64,000 bases of DNA. It comes from Chrysomallon squamiferum. Lineage: Eukaryota; Animalia; Mollusca. Both the position numbers and the translations under genes were made by a program. The first letter of the stretch is position 1. Each line of letters begins with the position of its first letter. The stretch covers positions 3,906,001 through 3,970,000 of the forward strand of contig CM022669.1 of NCBI GenBank assembly GCA_012295275.1, in the 5' to 3' direction. The notes under the pieces were generated by a model. The model had not been told where the DNA came from. It searched no databases and saw nothing but the letters and a program-made list of their open reading frames with translations. Shown here one piece after another: positions 28,301 through 43,639 of the stretch.

Positions 28301-28550
28301 ATCACATCTTCAGTTTGTCTGTTGTCCCTGCAGATATTCAGTTCTGATTTTGAAAATATCAGCTGTTTTATAAAATCTTGCATAATTTAACAGTAAAAGA
28401 AAAAATTTTAAACCTACTGTATGAATTTTCATTTTTAAAATAGTACTGCAGTAATAAAAGTGCATTAATTTAAAATTAAGTAAAATTTTATGAAAAGATG
28501 GACTGATTTTTATGTTGGAGTAGATCTTACAGCTACATGGTATCTGAAAC
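21346..28550 (-). CDS. CTC1: CST complex subunit CTC1, 3' part (runs into the gap). Exons include ~27680-27857, ~26243-27332, 25691-25753, 24930-25042, 24186-24424, 23216-23435, 22786-22930, 22391-22527, 21346-21464
   Basis: Translations match remembered CTC1 motifs: FSGKSVRWHDSL..FYRL (human FFGSSVRWFEFL..VYRL); VYMNLTNLSYPLGLV..LERHLSAAGTVYC; VLVDDGSASAVV..LLCLSCEEWKDL (human LLVEDGTAEAVV..LGLCPREWASL); FLMLLCDS..; ..PYLQLECLNIEE*. Several single-base frameshifts are present; the upstream boundary is approximate. Confidence 0.88.
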
Positions 28551-28683
28551 AAACATGTATATCACAATACTAATTATATTAGCTGTAACTTATAAACATA
28601 AAATCAAATAGTTTTACTGGTGATTCTTTTAACTGCCATGCTAAAATAACAGAAAAATGAATAGAATATACTACTTCAGTTGT

Positions 28684-28883
28684 NNNNNNNNNNNNNNNNN
28701 NNNNNNNNNNNNNNNNNNNNNNNNNNNNNNNNNNNNNNNNNNNNNNNNNNNNNNNNNNNNNNNNNNNNNNNNNNNNNNNNNNNNNNNNNNNNNNNNNNNN
28801 NNNNNNNNNNNNNNNNNNNNNNNNNNNNNNNNNNNNNNNNNNNNNNNNNNNNNNNNNNNNNNNNNNNNNNNNNNNNNNNNNNN
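28684..28883. other. Assembly gap (200 N)
   Basis: Run of N. Confidence 1.
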
Positions 28884-28977
28884 ACTGCTTGGGAAGAGCA
28901 GAGAAATAGTTGTACATTTTAAAAGATCCTACAATTTCATGGCGCACCACACTGGTAAAAACGAGAGAGAAATTAAA

Positions 28978-29327
28978 ATGGCGTCTGGCCCAGTCCGCGC
29001 TGCTGGTTTTATTATTTATAGACATTTAAAGGAGATATCCAGTATTTGCTTCTAGAAACGTCGTATGGTCAACATGACTGGACTCCACCAAAAGGTTAAA
29101 AACATGTATTTATATACCTCTCTGTAAATTATGTGCCAGTTTTTGTATGTAAATATAAAACCGCGACAATGACACATTTTTGGAGGTCAAATCGTACCAT
29201 ATTTGTTTAGCCATGTAGACATTTCGTCCCATATAATTTTCACATTGCAGACTTGAGTGTCATGTCAAATTAAATAAATCTTTAATAGATAATATTGTGA
29301 ATATCATTATTTCATTTTTTTAATTAA

Positions 29328-29380
<53 letters not shown>

Positions 29381-29695
29381 GTTCAGAAATAATATAATAG
29401 TTTGGGAAATGATAAAACAATTTATTTTATTTAGAAAAGAAAAAAAAAGAAAAAAGAACAAAACGCAAACAAACAAATGACTATTATTATTATTGATCAT
29501 TCATTATTATTAATTTTGATTATTTTATAATTGTTGATATTATTGAATTATTCATTGTTGTTGTTATTACTGAATCATTCATTAAATGTATTATCATTGT
29601 CTGATTGTTATTACTGTGAATATTTTATCATTGTTATTGTTGTTGTCACTATCATCATTATCATCATCAACATCATCATCATCATCATCATCATC

Positions 29696-29748
<53 letters not shown>

Positions 29749-30069
29749 CCAGGTCATGTTGATCCTGGAGAAGATGAGTACCAAACTGCAGTACGGGAAA
29801 CAGAAGAGGAAGCTGGGCTGAAGGCAGATGACCTCAGAGTACACAGAGAGTTTGAAAACACACTCAGCTACCAAGTGAAAGGCTCACCAAAGACCGTGGT
29901 GTACTGGCTGGCTGAGATAAAAGACTCTCAGAAGCCTGTAACTCTCTCACGTGAGCACCGTGACTACAAATGGGTGGCATTACAGGATGCTTGTGAACTT
30001 GCTAAATACAAAGACTTGCAACAGCTGTTGAAACAAGCTGAAGATTTTCTCAGAAACTCACAGAAGTAA
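28978..30069 (+). CDS. NUDT2: Bis(5'-nucleosyl)-tetraphosphatase (asymmetrical Ap4A hydrolase), copy 1. Exons 28978-29094, 29753-30069
   Basis: RAAGFIIY..WTPPKG|HVDPGEDEYQTAVRETEEEAGL (Nudix box)..KTVVYWLAE..LSREH; one G missing in exon 1 (aaaggag versus aaagggag) next to the contig edge. Confidence 0.92.
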
Positions 30070-30509
30070 CTGTTCTGAGACTATAGAATGATTTTATTTA
30101 TAAAAATTGTTTTAATTATTTATTTATAATATCATTCAAGGTGCTGATTGTATAAGCAGTTACATCTGCCATAAAACAGCAAAGATTTGATATACACATA
30201 TCCATAGCAAATGTTTGGTGTTAGTCTCACTGAAGATCTATTTGTAAGAACTTTTCTTTTTTTCTCGATCGTTTGTTGACTGCAGTTATGGCCAGCAGTG
30301 AGTATGAAAGATGCTGTTCTAGGAGTGGTTATCTTTTTTGTTGTTGTTGTTTTTATTTTACCAGTAGTTTTTCTTCCTTGTGCCAGTTGGGAAGAATTTC
30401 TAGTAGCTAAAGATGGGCTTCTCAAGATCAGGAGCCTGGTACTGCACATGCCTGGTGAGTCATCACAGGGCAAACACGAATCATGGCATTATTGTCTTTA
30501 TATACATTA

Positions 30510-32075
30510 TCATGGTCTATTAGAGCGCACCATGCAGCCCAATACTTCTGACTTCAGCACTTCTGTTAGAGTTACCTCATCCCTAGTCCAGTCTCTATCC
30601 ATTGACCAGTCCAGCTTGGGTGTCCTGAACAGAAACCAAAGCTCCAGCTGGCAGAGCTGTTCAACAAGCCCTCTCACCACATCAAGCAAAGGACTATCAA
30701 TATGAAAACTTTTCCAAGTTCTATATATTTTCAAGATCTTATAATCTGTAATCAGTAAATAAATGTTCACATAATATTTTTCAAATGCATATTTCATGAT
30801 ATTGGAGCTTGTTTTAAATAGAAAATTGTATTCTTTTTTAATTCTTTCTTTTTTTCTAAAACTAAATAATTAGTAGCTAGTGGATTTGAAACACATTTGA
30901 TGAACTGTGTAATAAAACATATGTTTAAATTTAATCATTTATTTTCTTTGTGCTCAATATCATTTTGTAAATATGAATCTAACTCGGGCAAAGAAAACAA
31001 TCCTTTCCTCTGATATTTATAAAACTATGCTTCGGTATTTTTAAAATGAATTAGTCATTTTGTGACTATTCCCTGTTTTTAATTTAGTATCTGAACTTAA
31101 TGGATTTTTTCTTGTATTGCCAGTAATATTACTCTATGAATAAATGAAGGTTTAATGGCACTGAAAAGTTTAATATTAACTAAATGTTATGTCACCTTGG
31201 GTAAAAGGAAACACTGAAGTATCTAACAACACTGATAAAAATGGAACAAGGTTGTTATTTATTTGAACATGATAATATATATATATAGTGTTATTTTCAT
31301 TTTAAACTATTTTTAGAGAACATTTTTATTTAATTTAAAATGTAATAATTTTTTTATATAATTTGTAAATAAATATTTTACCAGAAATAAAAAAATGCCT
31401 TTGCCGTTATGACTTTGTACTGAGAAAGATGTCTAGATATATTTAATGGTTATATTTTTCAAGCAGATATCATTTGTCATTGTTTAGTTTCCTTACCTTT
31501 TCTTTTACTTTTTTGTACAATACATCATTTTCTATCTGAACAGAGTGAAATTGTGTAGAATACAATATTCAGTCAGCTGAAAGTTTAATTATACAAATAT
31601 CAAAGTCTGTGTCATTTTAAACTTGCACTCTGATTTCTGTATTGTATAATTTAATAATCAACATTCTAATATTTTATACTGTGTATCTTGTATTTTATAA
31701 CTAAGTAGTCACCATTGTGTACGTTACAATTTCACAGTCCAATTTCATAGTTTACATTCTGTATTGTATAATTTCATAATCTCTGTTCTGTATTTTATTA
31801 TATAGCCTGTTACCTATGTATTAAAATTACATATTCGGCATTGTGTGTGCTACAGTTCCATAACCTAAATATTTGATTATTTAACCAAATTATATTCGTT
31901 TATTTTCTTAAGAAAGAACGTTCGTATTATTATAACTACATTAATAGACTACAAATAATTTGAACTGTTAAAATAAATAAATAAAAAATATCCAAAATAA
32001 TGTTTTAAAAATAAATTTTATTTTAACCTTGTCGAAAGTCGTAATAACAACGCCTATTGCTTTTGAAGCGGCCAT
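30510..32075 (-). CDS. Unidentified small multi-exon gene X, copy 1. Exons ~32028-32075, 31497-31535, possibly ~31382-31419, 31196-31231, 30510-30745
   Basis: aaaacATGGCCGC start; GT/AG-bounded exons MAASKAIGVVITTFDK|IENDVLYK..|LLDTSVFPFTQ|DYKILKIYRTWKSFHIDSPLLDVVRGLVEQLC..; internal phases depend on homopolymer lengths that differ between copies; the 3' end is uncertain. Confidence 0.5.
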
Positions 32076-32749
32076 GTTTTTAACGAAGCACGTGCAGTTT
32101 GAAATAGATTTAAGACTTTTGGTCATGCAGTTTTCTGGATAAACAAAGCTAATAATAGAGAAGTATCCTAGCTGTTTGTAGGTGAGTTTAATCAGAAGAA
32201 CTTTAAACAGAGTCTCACCTACATTTATTATTTCCAAATGTTTTTAGGATGATGTGTTATCGGTAACGCTTACCTTTTTGGGGGCTGATCGATGCAAAGT
32301 AGCGTAGTGGTCTCAGAACACCATCCTTTACTTTTGATGAATATATTAGACGTGTACAAGCACACACACACACATGAATATTATACTGATTATACTCTGT
32401 GTGTGTGTGTATATATGGTTGTAATAATTCTAAATATAATTTAAAATTGTTTCTTATTTCCTCGCACACCTTTCTTGGCTTAAATGTTTTAAAGATATAT
32501 GCTAACTAATATTATTTATTTATTTATTTATTATTACTTTTGACATAAAACAACTAAAATCAAAGTATAACTTGATGTAATGTAACCTGGATTTTTAATC
32601 AATCTGTCGAGTTTCACTGCATCCCCAAACATGCCTAAATTAATATTATAAATATTTACCCTGGGCACTAGATTGAGAATTTAAAAACTCTAATCAGTTA
32701 TTCTTATTTCCAGACATATTTTTTCGGCAAACACTACGTAGCATACAAA

Positions 32750-34996
<2,247 letters not shown>

Positions 34997-35084
34997 TGAA
35001 ATTTAATTTATACATTTAAGACAGTATCTACGGCCCCAGTGTAAAAAATATATTGTCATTGTTGTTTTGAAATGTTAATTTTAC

Positions 35085-38000
35085 CTTTGAAGATTCTTCT
35101 TGGTGTGCATTATAGACTGTAATCTGAGTTCCAACTTTTAAAAAATTAAACTTGTGACTAGCAGGAACTGAACTCACATGCAATCTAAGAACATTTAAAG
35201 ATTATTATTATTATTATTTGTTTTTAAACTAAGAATCATCATACATCGAGCTCTCTACTAACCGAAAATATTTATTAATTAAGACTTTTTGATGTAGAAT
35301 CAAAATATATCTACTTCTCTACAATTTACTGATAACATAATTTATTATAAGTGGTAAAATGAATACTGAATTATCAACTATAAAAATCTGCAATAAGAGT
35401 CACTTTCAAATTATTAATTATTATATTTTATTTCTTTTTTTAATATTTTGTAAAATATAGCTGAATTTAAATATTTATAAAGACTTATTCAATTCAATAA
35501 CCAATTTTCAAAAACCAACACCACAAACACAAATAAACCAATGAAATATTAGTACATAAAATACATTTGGACTAGAAAATATTTCGAAAATTATACCCTA
35601 TTTATAAATATATAAATTACTTTTATTTATGTTTTGTTCATAAAACCAATTACCTGATCTTCTTATCCAGTTCATAGACACCATATCTTGAATTAGCTGT
35701 ACTAGTAACTGTTCCCTGCAAAAAAAATAATAACTTTTTTCTGAACGTTTTTCTTTTTTTATTCTTCCCTATGGCTCCTGATTAAAATCAGTTCTAATAT
35801 CGTTAAAAAAACATTTAATAAAGTTATAATCCAGAACTGGAGTTTTAATTTTTTTTAAGGATTTAGCACAAATAATAAGATATTATAAGTATGGAAATGT
35901 TCAATAAAAATATAAACCACAGAACAAATTAAAACTCAAATTAGAGGGTTTTTTTATTATGAATGCAAATTAGATGTGTACAAACATTAAAACAATATGT
36001 TTGGATGTGAAGTCTCACAATTTGGCAGTTTTCGGGTGTTTATAGATTTAATAAAATATTACTAATGATAAAACAGAATAATCTTTTTCATAAAATAATT
36101 TATTAATCTTATCACAAAAATTAAACATTACTAGCAATAAACAGACTTACATCAGGTGAAAAGGAAAGAAACATGACTTACTAAACAACCGTCATAAATT
36201 GGTAAGATCATGTTTCATACCTGATAAGAAACCAGTTGAATTCCATTCTCTGCTGTTTTTAATTTGGTCTCAATGCTTCCTTTGTCTTCAGTCTCTTGTC
36301 TCAAGTCAGTATACTTCATCAACCAATCCTAACAAATAAACATTATATCATTAGATAATAAAAACCATATTTTATTTTAATGAAAGTTACCAGCAACCAT
36401 AAATATGATTCTGACAAATTTAAGATTGTTCATTTCTGAAAATAACACAAATATATTTGGTAAGTGAACACATCAAAAAAAAAAAAAATAAGAACAACAG
36501 TAATAACCATAATAATAAGAAGAACAACAACAGTAATAACCATAATAATAATAATAAGTTCAAGGCTTTCTGTTTAACATGTATACAAGAAATAAATAAA
36601 GAATACCTACATATTTTAAGGATTTAATTTCTTATAATTAACTGCTATATAAATATGTATATCTGTATCTCTCTTGTATTATGTTAGTAATAATACTCAC
36701 GTGTACAGGTATGATATTACTGTTTACTTTCTCTGCATGATACAGTTCACTGTCAACCCAGGGAACAAACACTCGAGTTGGAACAGCTATACCCTGAAAT
36801 AATTAAAATCTTTTCAGTTTTTTCGAATGTATCAATTTTTAAAATGTCATTATTAATAACTGAGATGAAATTAAAAATTATCAGCAGTATCTGTATCTGA
36901 CAGAAAGAAAATAACAAATAAATAATCAAGATTAATAATAAAATAGCAATTTAGATTGATTAAATGTATTGTGTTTTGCATAGTTTGCTGAAATTAAAAT
37001 CAACACAAAAGTAAAAGTGTACAAACTTTGTGCAGTGTGGTTGGTCGAAGTTTGGTAAACACAAATTTCTGCTGAGGGAAGATTTGAGGCTGCCACAGTA
37101 GAAACTTTTCTTGCTGCAATAAATACAATACACTTAATTTACAAATCTGTCTCAGTGACATTTATGATATCTTCTTTTCTTAAATGTAGGTTTGTAAGCA
37201 TTGTTGACCACAGATTTTGTGATAAGAGATAATAATATATCATGAACAAAAAACCAAAGATTTCTATTTAAAACACTAACATTTAATACTGCATTAACAA
37301 AAACAAGCTTTATAAATTAATAATTGAAATAAGACTAACAAAAGTTTTCTAAAGAAATAAGATAATATTATAATGACAAAACAGTTTATTTTCAGTTCTG
37401 TTAAAAAAAAAAAAAAAAAAAGCAGTATAAAAATATGTACTATTTGAAATAAAAGTTTTAAGTAATCAGACACATAAAACTTAAATAAGGATAAACTAAT
37501 ACCATGACCACAATGAACACCTTCTCAAGTTCTATAATGAAAAGAAGATTTTTCTTCACTCTGCAATCAAATAAACATTTTTAATAATCTTTAAAAGATT
37601 CAAAAAAAAATAATGAATAAATAAATAAATGAACCTTTCGTTTATTAATTGTGATAATGATAATACTTCTTTCAAAGACTTTTGTTCACTTCGCAATAAA
37701 ATAAACATTTCAAAAACAAATTTTTAAATACATGAAAATTAAAAAAGAAAATGAATGAAATTTCCAATTTTCTTTAATAACATCTGAATAATTGATGATT
37801 TCATAATTATGTATCGAAATGGTTCCTCAATAGTGAGATCTGATTCATTACACTTTTATGCATTAAAAAGTTTATAAAAGGAATATGTTTAAAGTAAATT
37901 ACAACTTACTTAAATACTTCACTGACTGTTGATACTTGTCCACATATGTTAACCAGGCTTCCAGTGAGAAGTCTGTCTCTGAAATATAAAAATAAAATTT

Positions 38001-38246
38001 AAAATAGAAGCTGTATATCTTTCATGTTTATCTTCAGCACAATTTCATGACTGATACATCCTTACAAACAGCCTACATTTCATTGTAAAAGTCTGTTTTG
38101 GAAGTTTTTTTCTACAATAAATCTCACATTAATGCATGGAATCAGATTTATGTATAGACAGTAATATGAAGTAGTGAAATTTACTTGTAATGTAAGATCA
38201 CTGCAGCATCATCACCAGACACCACATCTTCCACCACACTTGTCAT
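35085..38246 (-). CDS. CTC1: CTC1 5' part, truncated duplicate 1 (213 codons). Exons 38185-38246 (ATG), 37910-37978, 37503-37560, 37027-37113, 36701-36793, 36221-36328, 35654-35715, 35085-35184
   Basis: Eight phase-consistent exons: MTSVVEDVVSGDDAAVILHYKDRLLTGSLVNICGQVSTVSEVFK..VFIVVMQEKFLLWQPQIFPQQKFVFTKLR..QLVSYQGTVTSTANSRYGVYELDKKIRL..LKVGTQITVYNAH (human [41 protein letters not shown]). Confidence 0.85.
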
Positions 38247-38319
38247 GATGTTCTGTTAAAACACTTTCCTTCCATTATAGATTATCATTATGCACCAACT
38301 GAAAAGAAAGCAATCCTAA

Positions 38320-38357
<38 letters not shown>

Positions 38358-38964
38358 AAAAATAAGCTTAGAGTTAGGTAAAGTATAATATCGTTTCAGC
38401 AGAATAAAATGTATTTATTGTGTAATTAACTATGTTGATAATAAATTCCATTGAGCTAATTTTGAAATTAAAATTAATTCATAGTGTGAAATACTGTGTA
38501 CAGTTGCTGAAGTAATCATAATGACAAGATTTCTTTCACTGATTTATTGAAAAGCATAAAAAAAAAAAAAAAATTACGAAATTAAAACAAAATTTCTGCA
38601 ACAAGATTTTTATTTAGGAACAGTTCATTCATGACTTAGAAAAAAAAATAAATGTTGAAGAACAATAAGGATATTAATTAATTATCTAAAATATAATTTA
38701 TGCCAACGGAAAAATACACCATATAAATCATAATTAATGACTAAATTTAAATCAATAATTCATTAATTGTAAAATAAAAATATGATGAATAAACGTTAGT
38801 TAAACTTAAGGTTTAACTTTAAGCGATTTAAAGACTAAAGCTGCTAGCTACGAAATGAGGTAAAGAAAAAAATAACGTAATTCAGAATAAACCCGTAAAG
38901 CTTTGTCGTATAATTCAGCTGTATATATCAATTAATTATACAATATACATTTACAACACTGTAC

Positions 38965-39030
38965 CTTTTATGCCTGTCAAACTTCGCTTTTGGCGCGCAC
39001 TGTTTGTCAACAAACTAATCGAAAATAAAT
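38965..39030 (-). promoter_or_regulatory. CTC1 non-coding first exon/promoter with E2F-type site TTTTGGCGCGC (38988-38998)
   Basis: Donor aaaag|gtac at 38965; TTTSSCGC consensus, typical of replication-gene promoters. Confidence 0.55.
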
Positions 39031-39325
39031 ATAAAAAGGGACAAAAATGACATGTTTGACAAGTAACATAGCCTGCCAAGTATCGGTTAGTCGAACCTTT
39101 GATTTCTTAATCTTTTATATGTAGGATTTTGTTTAATTTTATTATTATTTTATTTTCTTCTTCTTCACAAAATGAAATAGTGATAGTGCATGAAAACATT
39201 TATTTATGTATTTACTTACTATCTTACTTAATTATATTTGAAAACAAATTTACGCCTCAAGTTAGTTCCGACTTTACTACACTTTAAATGAAAGTTTAAG
39301 TTTAATATTCTTATAATTTATTATT

Positions 39326-39351
39326 ATTAGTAGTAGTAGTAGTAGTAGTAA

Positions 39352-39416
<65 letters not shown>
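39326..39416. repeat. (TAG)n microsatellite (also ~54723-54796)
   Basis: Direct reading. Confidence 0.95.
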
Positions 39417-39714
39417 ATGGTTACAAAATTGACAGGTACCAGTCTTTGCTGCTTAATGCGAAATCCTTAAACTGATCTTAATGCCGTATTCATAAAAGTG
39501 TTTTTTTTTTTTTTTAATTTTATTTACAGACACAGAACTACAAACATGGTGAGATTTAGAACATAAACTGGAATTGTATTAGTTTATATAATTTTATCTA
39601 TTTGTGTGAATCATTTATTAAAAGATAAATCAAATAAAATCCTTTGTTTAGTCATAGTATTAAATGACGTGAACTTGTAGTAATATGTTTGTTAATATGA
39701 CGTAACTGATAACT

Positions 39715-39769
<55 letters not shown>

Positions 39770-40001
39770 TGAATTAATACCACTGGCAATCAAAGATGTA
39801 ATAATAATAACAATAACAACATCAGCAATAAACAATTTTATTTTAATCAGTGTCTAAGCATAATTAGCTTTATCAATAAACTTAAATTGTTTTGGTCAAA
39901 ATGTCAACATTTATATAAGTAAGAATATTTTTACATATGTAGGGCATTTCCTGTCTTTAGCTTTCAGCCTCCATACCGTAATACTGGTTCAACAGAAATA
40001 A

Positions 40002-40052
<51 letters not shown>

Positions 40053-40186
40053 TGAAAAAATTAAAATAACATATCGCATAATGAAACGTAAACAGAGACA
40101 CAAATATATGTATTGGCATTTATACACTGACACTCGTACTTTTATAGATATAATTCTTTTTTACACATAAATGCAGATATACATGC

Positions 40187-40300
<114 letters not shown>

Positions 40301-40373
40301 TTTGTATGTGTGGCTGTCTGTGTTTATGTGTCTGTATCATACGTGCAGATATTTTAAACAAAAGCAAACTTCT

Positions 40374-40637
40374 TCAGTTATAGTGTTCAGCAAATGAACC
40401 ACGAACAAACTGTCTTTGGGCAGCTGTGAGTTTCATTACTGGTCTTTTGTGCAGACATTTTGTAAACAGTACACTTTTCTCCTGTTTTCGTTTCTTAGCA
40501 GTGGAGATGCGGAATGTGTGGGTTTGTACATTTTCTTCACACAGAAGATTAAATCTATCCCTGTAGTCTTCATTTATAGAACTTAAAAAAAATAATAATA
40601 AAACAGTATTATAATAACATTTATTACCAGTATTAAG

Positions 40638-40707
<70 letters not shown>

Positions 40708-40822
40708 TGATAATAATAATAATAATAATATGTAAATGTAAAATGGAAGAAAGCAATATAAATCTGTTTTGTTTATTACTTCTACTCCTGCTGCTTCAAC
40801 TACTATTACTATTGTTACTATC

Positions 40823-40854
<32 letters not shown>

Positions 40855-41165
40855 TTTTCATTTTCTTCCATTTTTTTTTTCTTTTTTTTTTTTTATTTTT
40901 TTTTTTTTTTTTTTTTGTATTTACAAACTGTATATTGAATTTCTTTCAGCTGTTAAGTTTATCACTGTAGCAAAGTGTATATCAGTTGTTGTAAGTACGT
41001 ACTTGTTTAGTTTTCGTACAGACACGCTGTTAACGGGAGAACGCTGGAAGCAGCCGTGTCCAGCATATCCCGGGGACAGGCCGCCTGGCCCACACGTTCT
41101 GATCTTCTCGCAACAGTTGCTGAATATTTTTATTTATTTATTTATTTATTTTTATTTATTTATAT

Positions 41166-41207
<42 letters not shown>

Positions 41208-41255
41208 TGTCATTATTAGGGTCATATAAATCCATTTATACGTGATTATAAGTGT

Positions 41256-41325
<70 letters not shown>

Positions 41326-43610
41326 TAAACAGTAGATGATCTGATGTTTTTACCTGTAGTTGGGGTGTAGGTTCGTGCAGTTGTATGCCAAATATTGAGC
41401 AAAGATTAAAGAAACTTATCATCCGGGGAGGTAATCCCTGCTGCTCTAATATCACGCTATACGCAGTCTTGTAAAAAGAAATAATAAACAATCATCATAA
41501 AATAAAGATGAAGATACTAAATTTTTTGAAATAATAAATAATTATCATAAAATAAAGATGACGATTTTAGACTTTTAGAATATTTAGAAAATATTATCAA
41601 ATTATCTATCTGTCTGTCTGTTGCAAAAGAAATAACAGAGGCTGCTTATTAAATAGAAAGTAATTACAAAATAATAAAGGGTATCAAAACGAGTATTATT
41701 ATTGTTGTTGTTGTTGTTGTTATTTTACCTGCGTATCAAAACAGTTCCTCAGTTTCACGCCAAATTCAAAATGTAGCGCTGCAGAGACTGGTCCACAGTC
41801 GTGAATAACCTGAAATAAATAAATAAATAAGAAACGAAAATGGGGATATTTTTGTACAGTACACAAAACACAAGAATGATCGCAGTGCACATGCATGCAT
41901 AAACATAAATAATATTGTTGCCAGGTTCAAATAGTAAATTAATTTTAAAGTAGAGATATGGATTATAGGGAACAGGGAAGGAAATAAGTGGTAGTATTTT
42001 TATTTTATTGTATTTCATTCATTCATTCATTCATTCATTCATTCATTTTTTTGAGTTAAGTTTTGTTCTCGATTTTATTTTATTTCATTATTTCATTCAT
42101 TCATTCATTCATTCATTCATTTCTTGAGTTTAGTTTTGTTCTCGATTAATTCACCTTCAGCACGTCTGTGGACTGTAAAAGACGAATCAAGCCACCGTCA
42201 AGGACGATGTTGCGATCTCGTCTGACATCAAAGGCGTGCACGCCATCTGAAGCTGAAACCACGACAAGGTGGATGGAACCTCCTGGTACAACGAAAAAAC
42301 AAATTATTCATCATGTTTCCCTGTCTTGAGCAAACATCTCTGGACAGGTAACGTTTGTGCCCATCAGGATATGCTTACAATAATCTTATGAAAGAAGAAT
42401 TGCTTAAATCATAACATACATAATAATATTGATTTTGTTTCTTAATATAAATTATATGATGGCGAACATTAGTGTAAGTGTGCGGATTTCGTATACAAAT
42501 AATAATTTAAGTATGTTACTTAATTTCAAAAGGTTATATTTAATCAATAAAAAAAACCCAAAAACCCAGATGATGATGATGATAATGATGGAAGCTAATA
42601 ATAAAAAAAATAAGAAGAATTATTATTATTATTTAATAATCCGCAAGGCACCTGCTATATTAACATTCGAATAACAATTATAAAATATGTATAGACGTAT
42701 AAAACTGACCGGTAAACCAGCCATCTACATTAATGGGAGAAACAACTGCGGTTGTGCCACTGTATTTACCTTTACTTCCTATCTCAGCTCCTTTGACGCT
42801 GACTCCGATGACGGGAGATGTCTGAATGAATTTTTTCTTAACTGTTTTCTCCGATGCTGATATGGAAGACACCAGATGTGTTCTGGGCATGACTGAATAA
42901 TACATTACTTTCATCGTTATTATTATTTAACGAACATTCTTTTTAACTTTTTCAGAATTAAATAATACTAATAACAACAACAACAACTGCTACTACAGTA
43001 AATAAATAAATAAATAAATAATAAAAAACGGTTATCGTTTTATCATAAACTTTCTATGCATCAAGTTGAAGTATGATCGTTCAAAGTGCTTCATCAGGTT
43101 TTCATTAAACAGGACGAGTCCATAAGTGTTTGCTCTTGCGGAAAAGAACTGTAAACTAGTTTACAGTCATGTCACGAAAAAAAAGAAACATATCTTTCGA
43201 TAATGTCTGTTTACTATGGATCAGTGATTTCTAAATATATCTAACCTGTAATAAAAATTAAGTATATCCTTTGTCAGTCGATTAAGTCGTCTAAAATATT
43301 TCCGAAGCGTCGTCCGGTTGTCATGGGGCTGGTCACCTCTACAGCTGTTGTCGCAAAAGAGTGCAGCAAGGGGAATAACAAAGGTATCGATTTGCAAACG
43401 GATTATTACGGGGATATCTTTCAGCAAAACATTTTTCAGTAGCAACAATATTCACACTGTTACACTTCTTGTGACGTTACTGCTAAACTATAGGAATTGT
43501 GTTAGTGACTTTCCTTTAGAGAAGTGATCCGATTTCCGGAACACGGTTTAAGAATAGAAACAGAAAAGTTAGACAGTCTGTTTTACCTGTATTCTAATCT
43601 GTCTTAGCAT
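40374..43610 (-). CDS. EXD1/Egalitarian-like DnaQ 3'-5' exonuclease-fold protein, copy 1. Exons 43587-43610, 43051-43148, 42770-42892, 42155-42282, 41729-41809, 41354-41467, 41003-41119, 40374-40581
   Basis: VIGVSVKGAEIGSKG..VHAFDV..GGLIRLLQSTDVLKVIHDC..HFEFGVKLRNCFDTQ..WARRPVPRDML matches the Egl_like_exo pattern; this copy has small indels absent from copy 2; the first two exons are less certain. Confidence 0.82.
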
Positions 43611-43639
43611 ACGGTTACTACTCTACCGTTTATACGCTG

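Noticed and set aside
30208-30705. Plus-strand three-exon reading (QMFGVSLTEDLF..|VFLPCASWEEF..|RTMQPNT..)
   Set aside because: Needs an indel in every copy and has no convincing start; the minus-strand model has an ATG exon and promoter context. Not fully excluded
36701-38246. Resemblance of VILHY and PTRVFVPW to SHLD3 or REV7
   Set aside because: All flanking exons align colinearly with CTC1
39530-39548. Plus-strand micro-exon ag|ACACAGAACTACAAACATG|gtgag
   Set aside because: Good splice sites, but no in-frame downstream exon could be identified
43221-43448. 75-aa minus-strand ORF (..RKYFRRLNRL..) as a separate gene or EXD1-like first exon
   Set aside because: No ATG start or recognisable family; lies in the predicted intron 1
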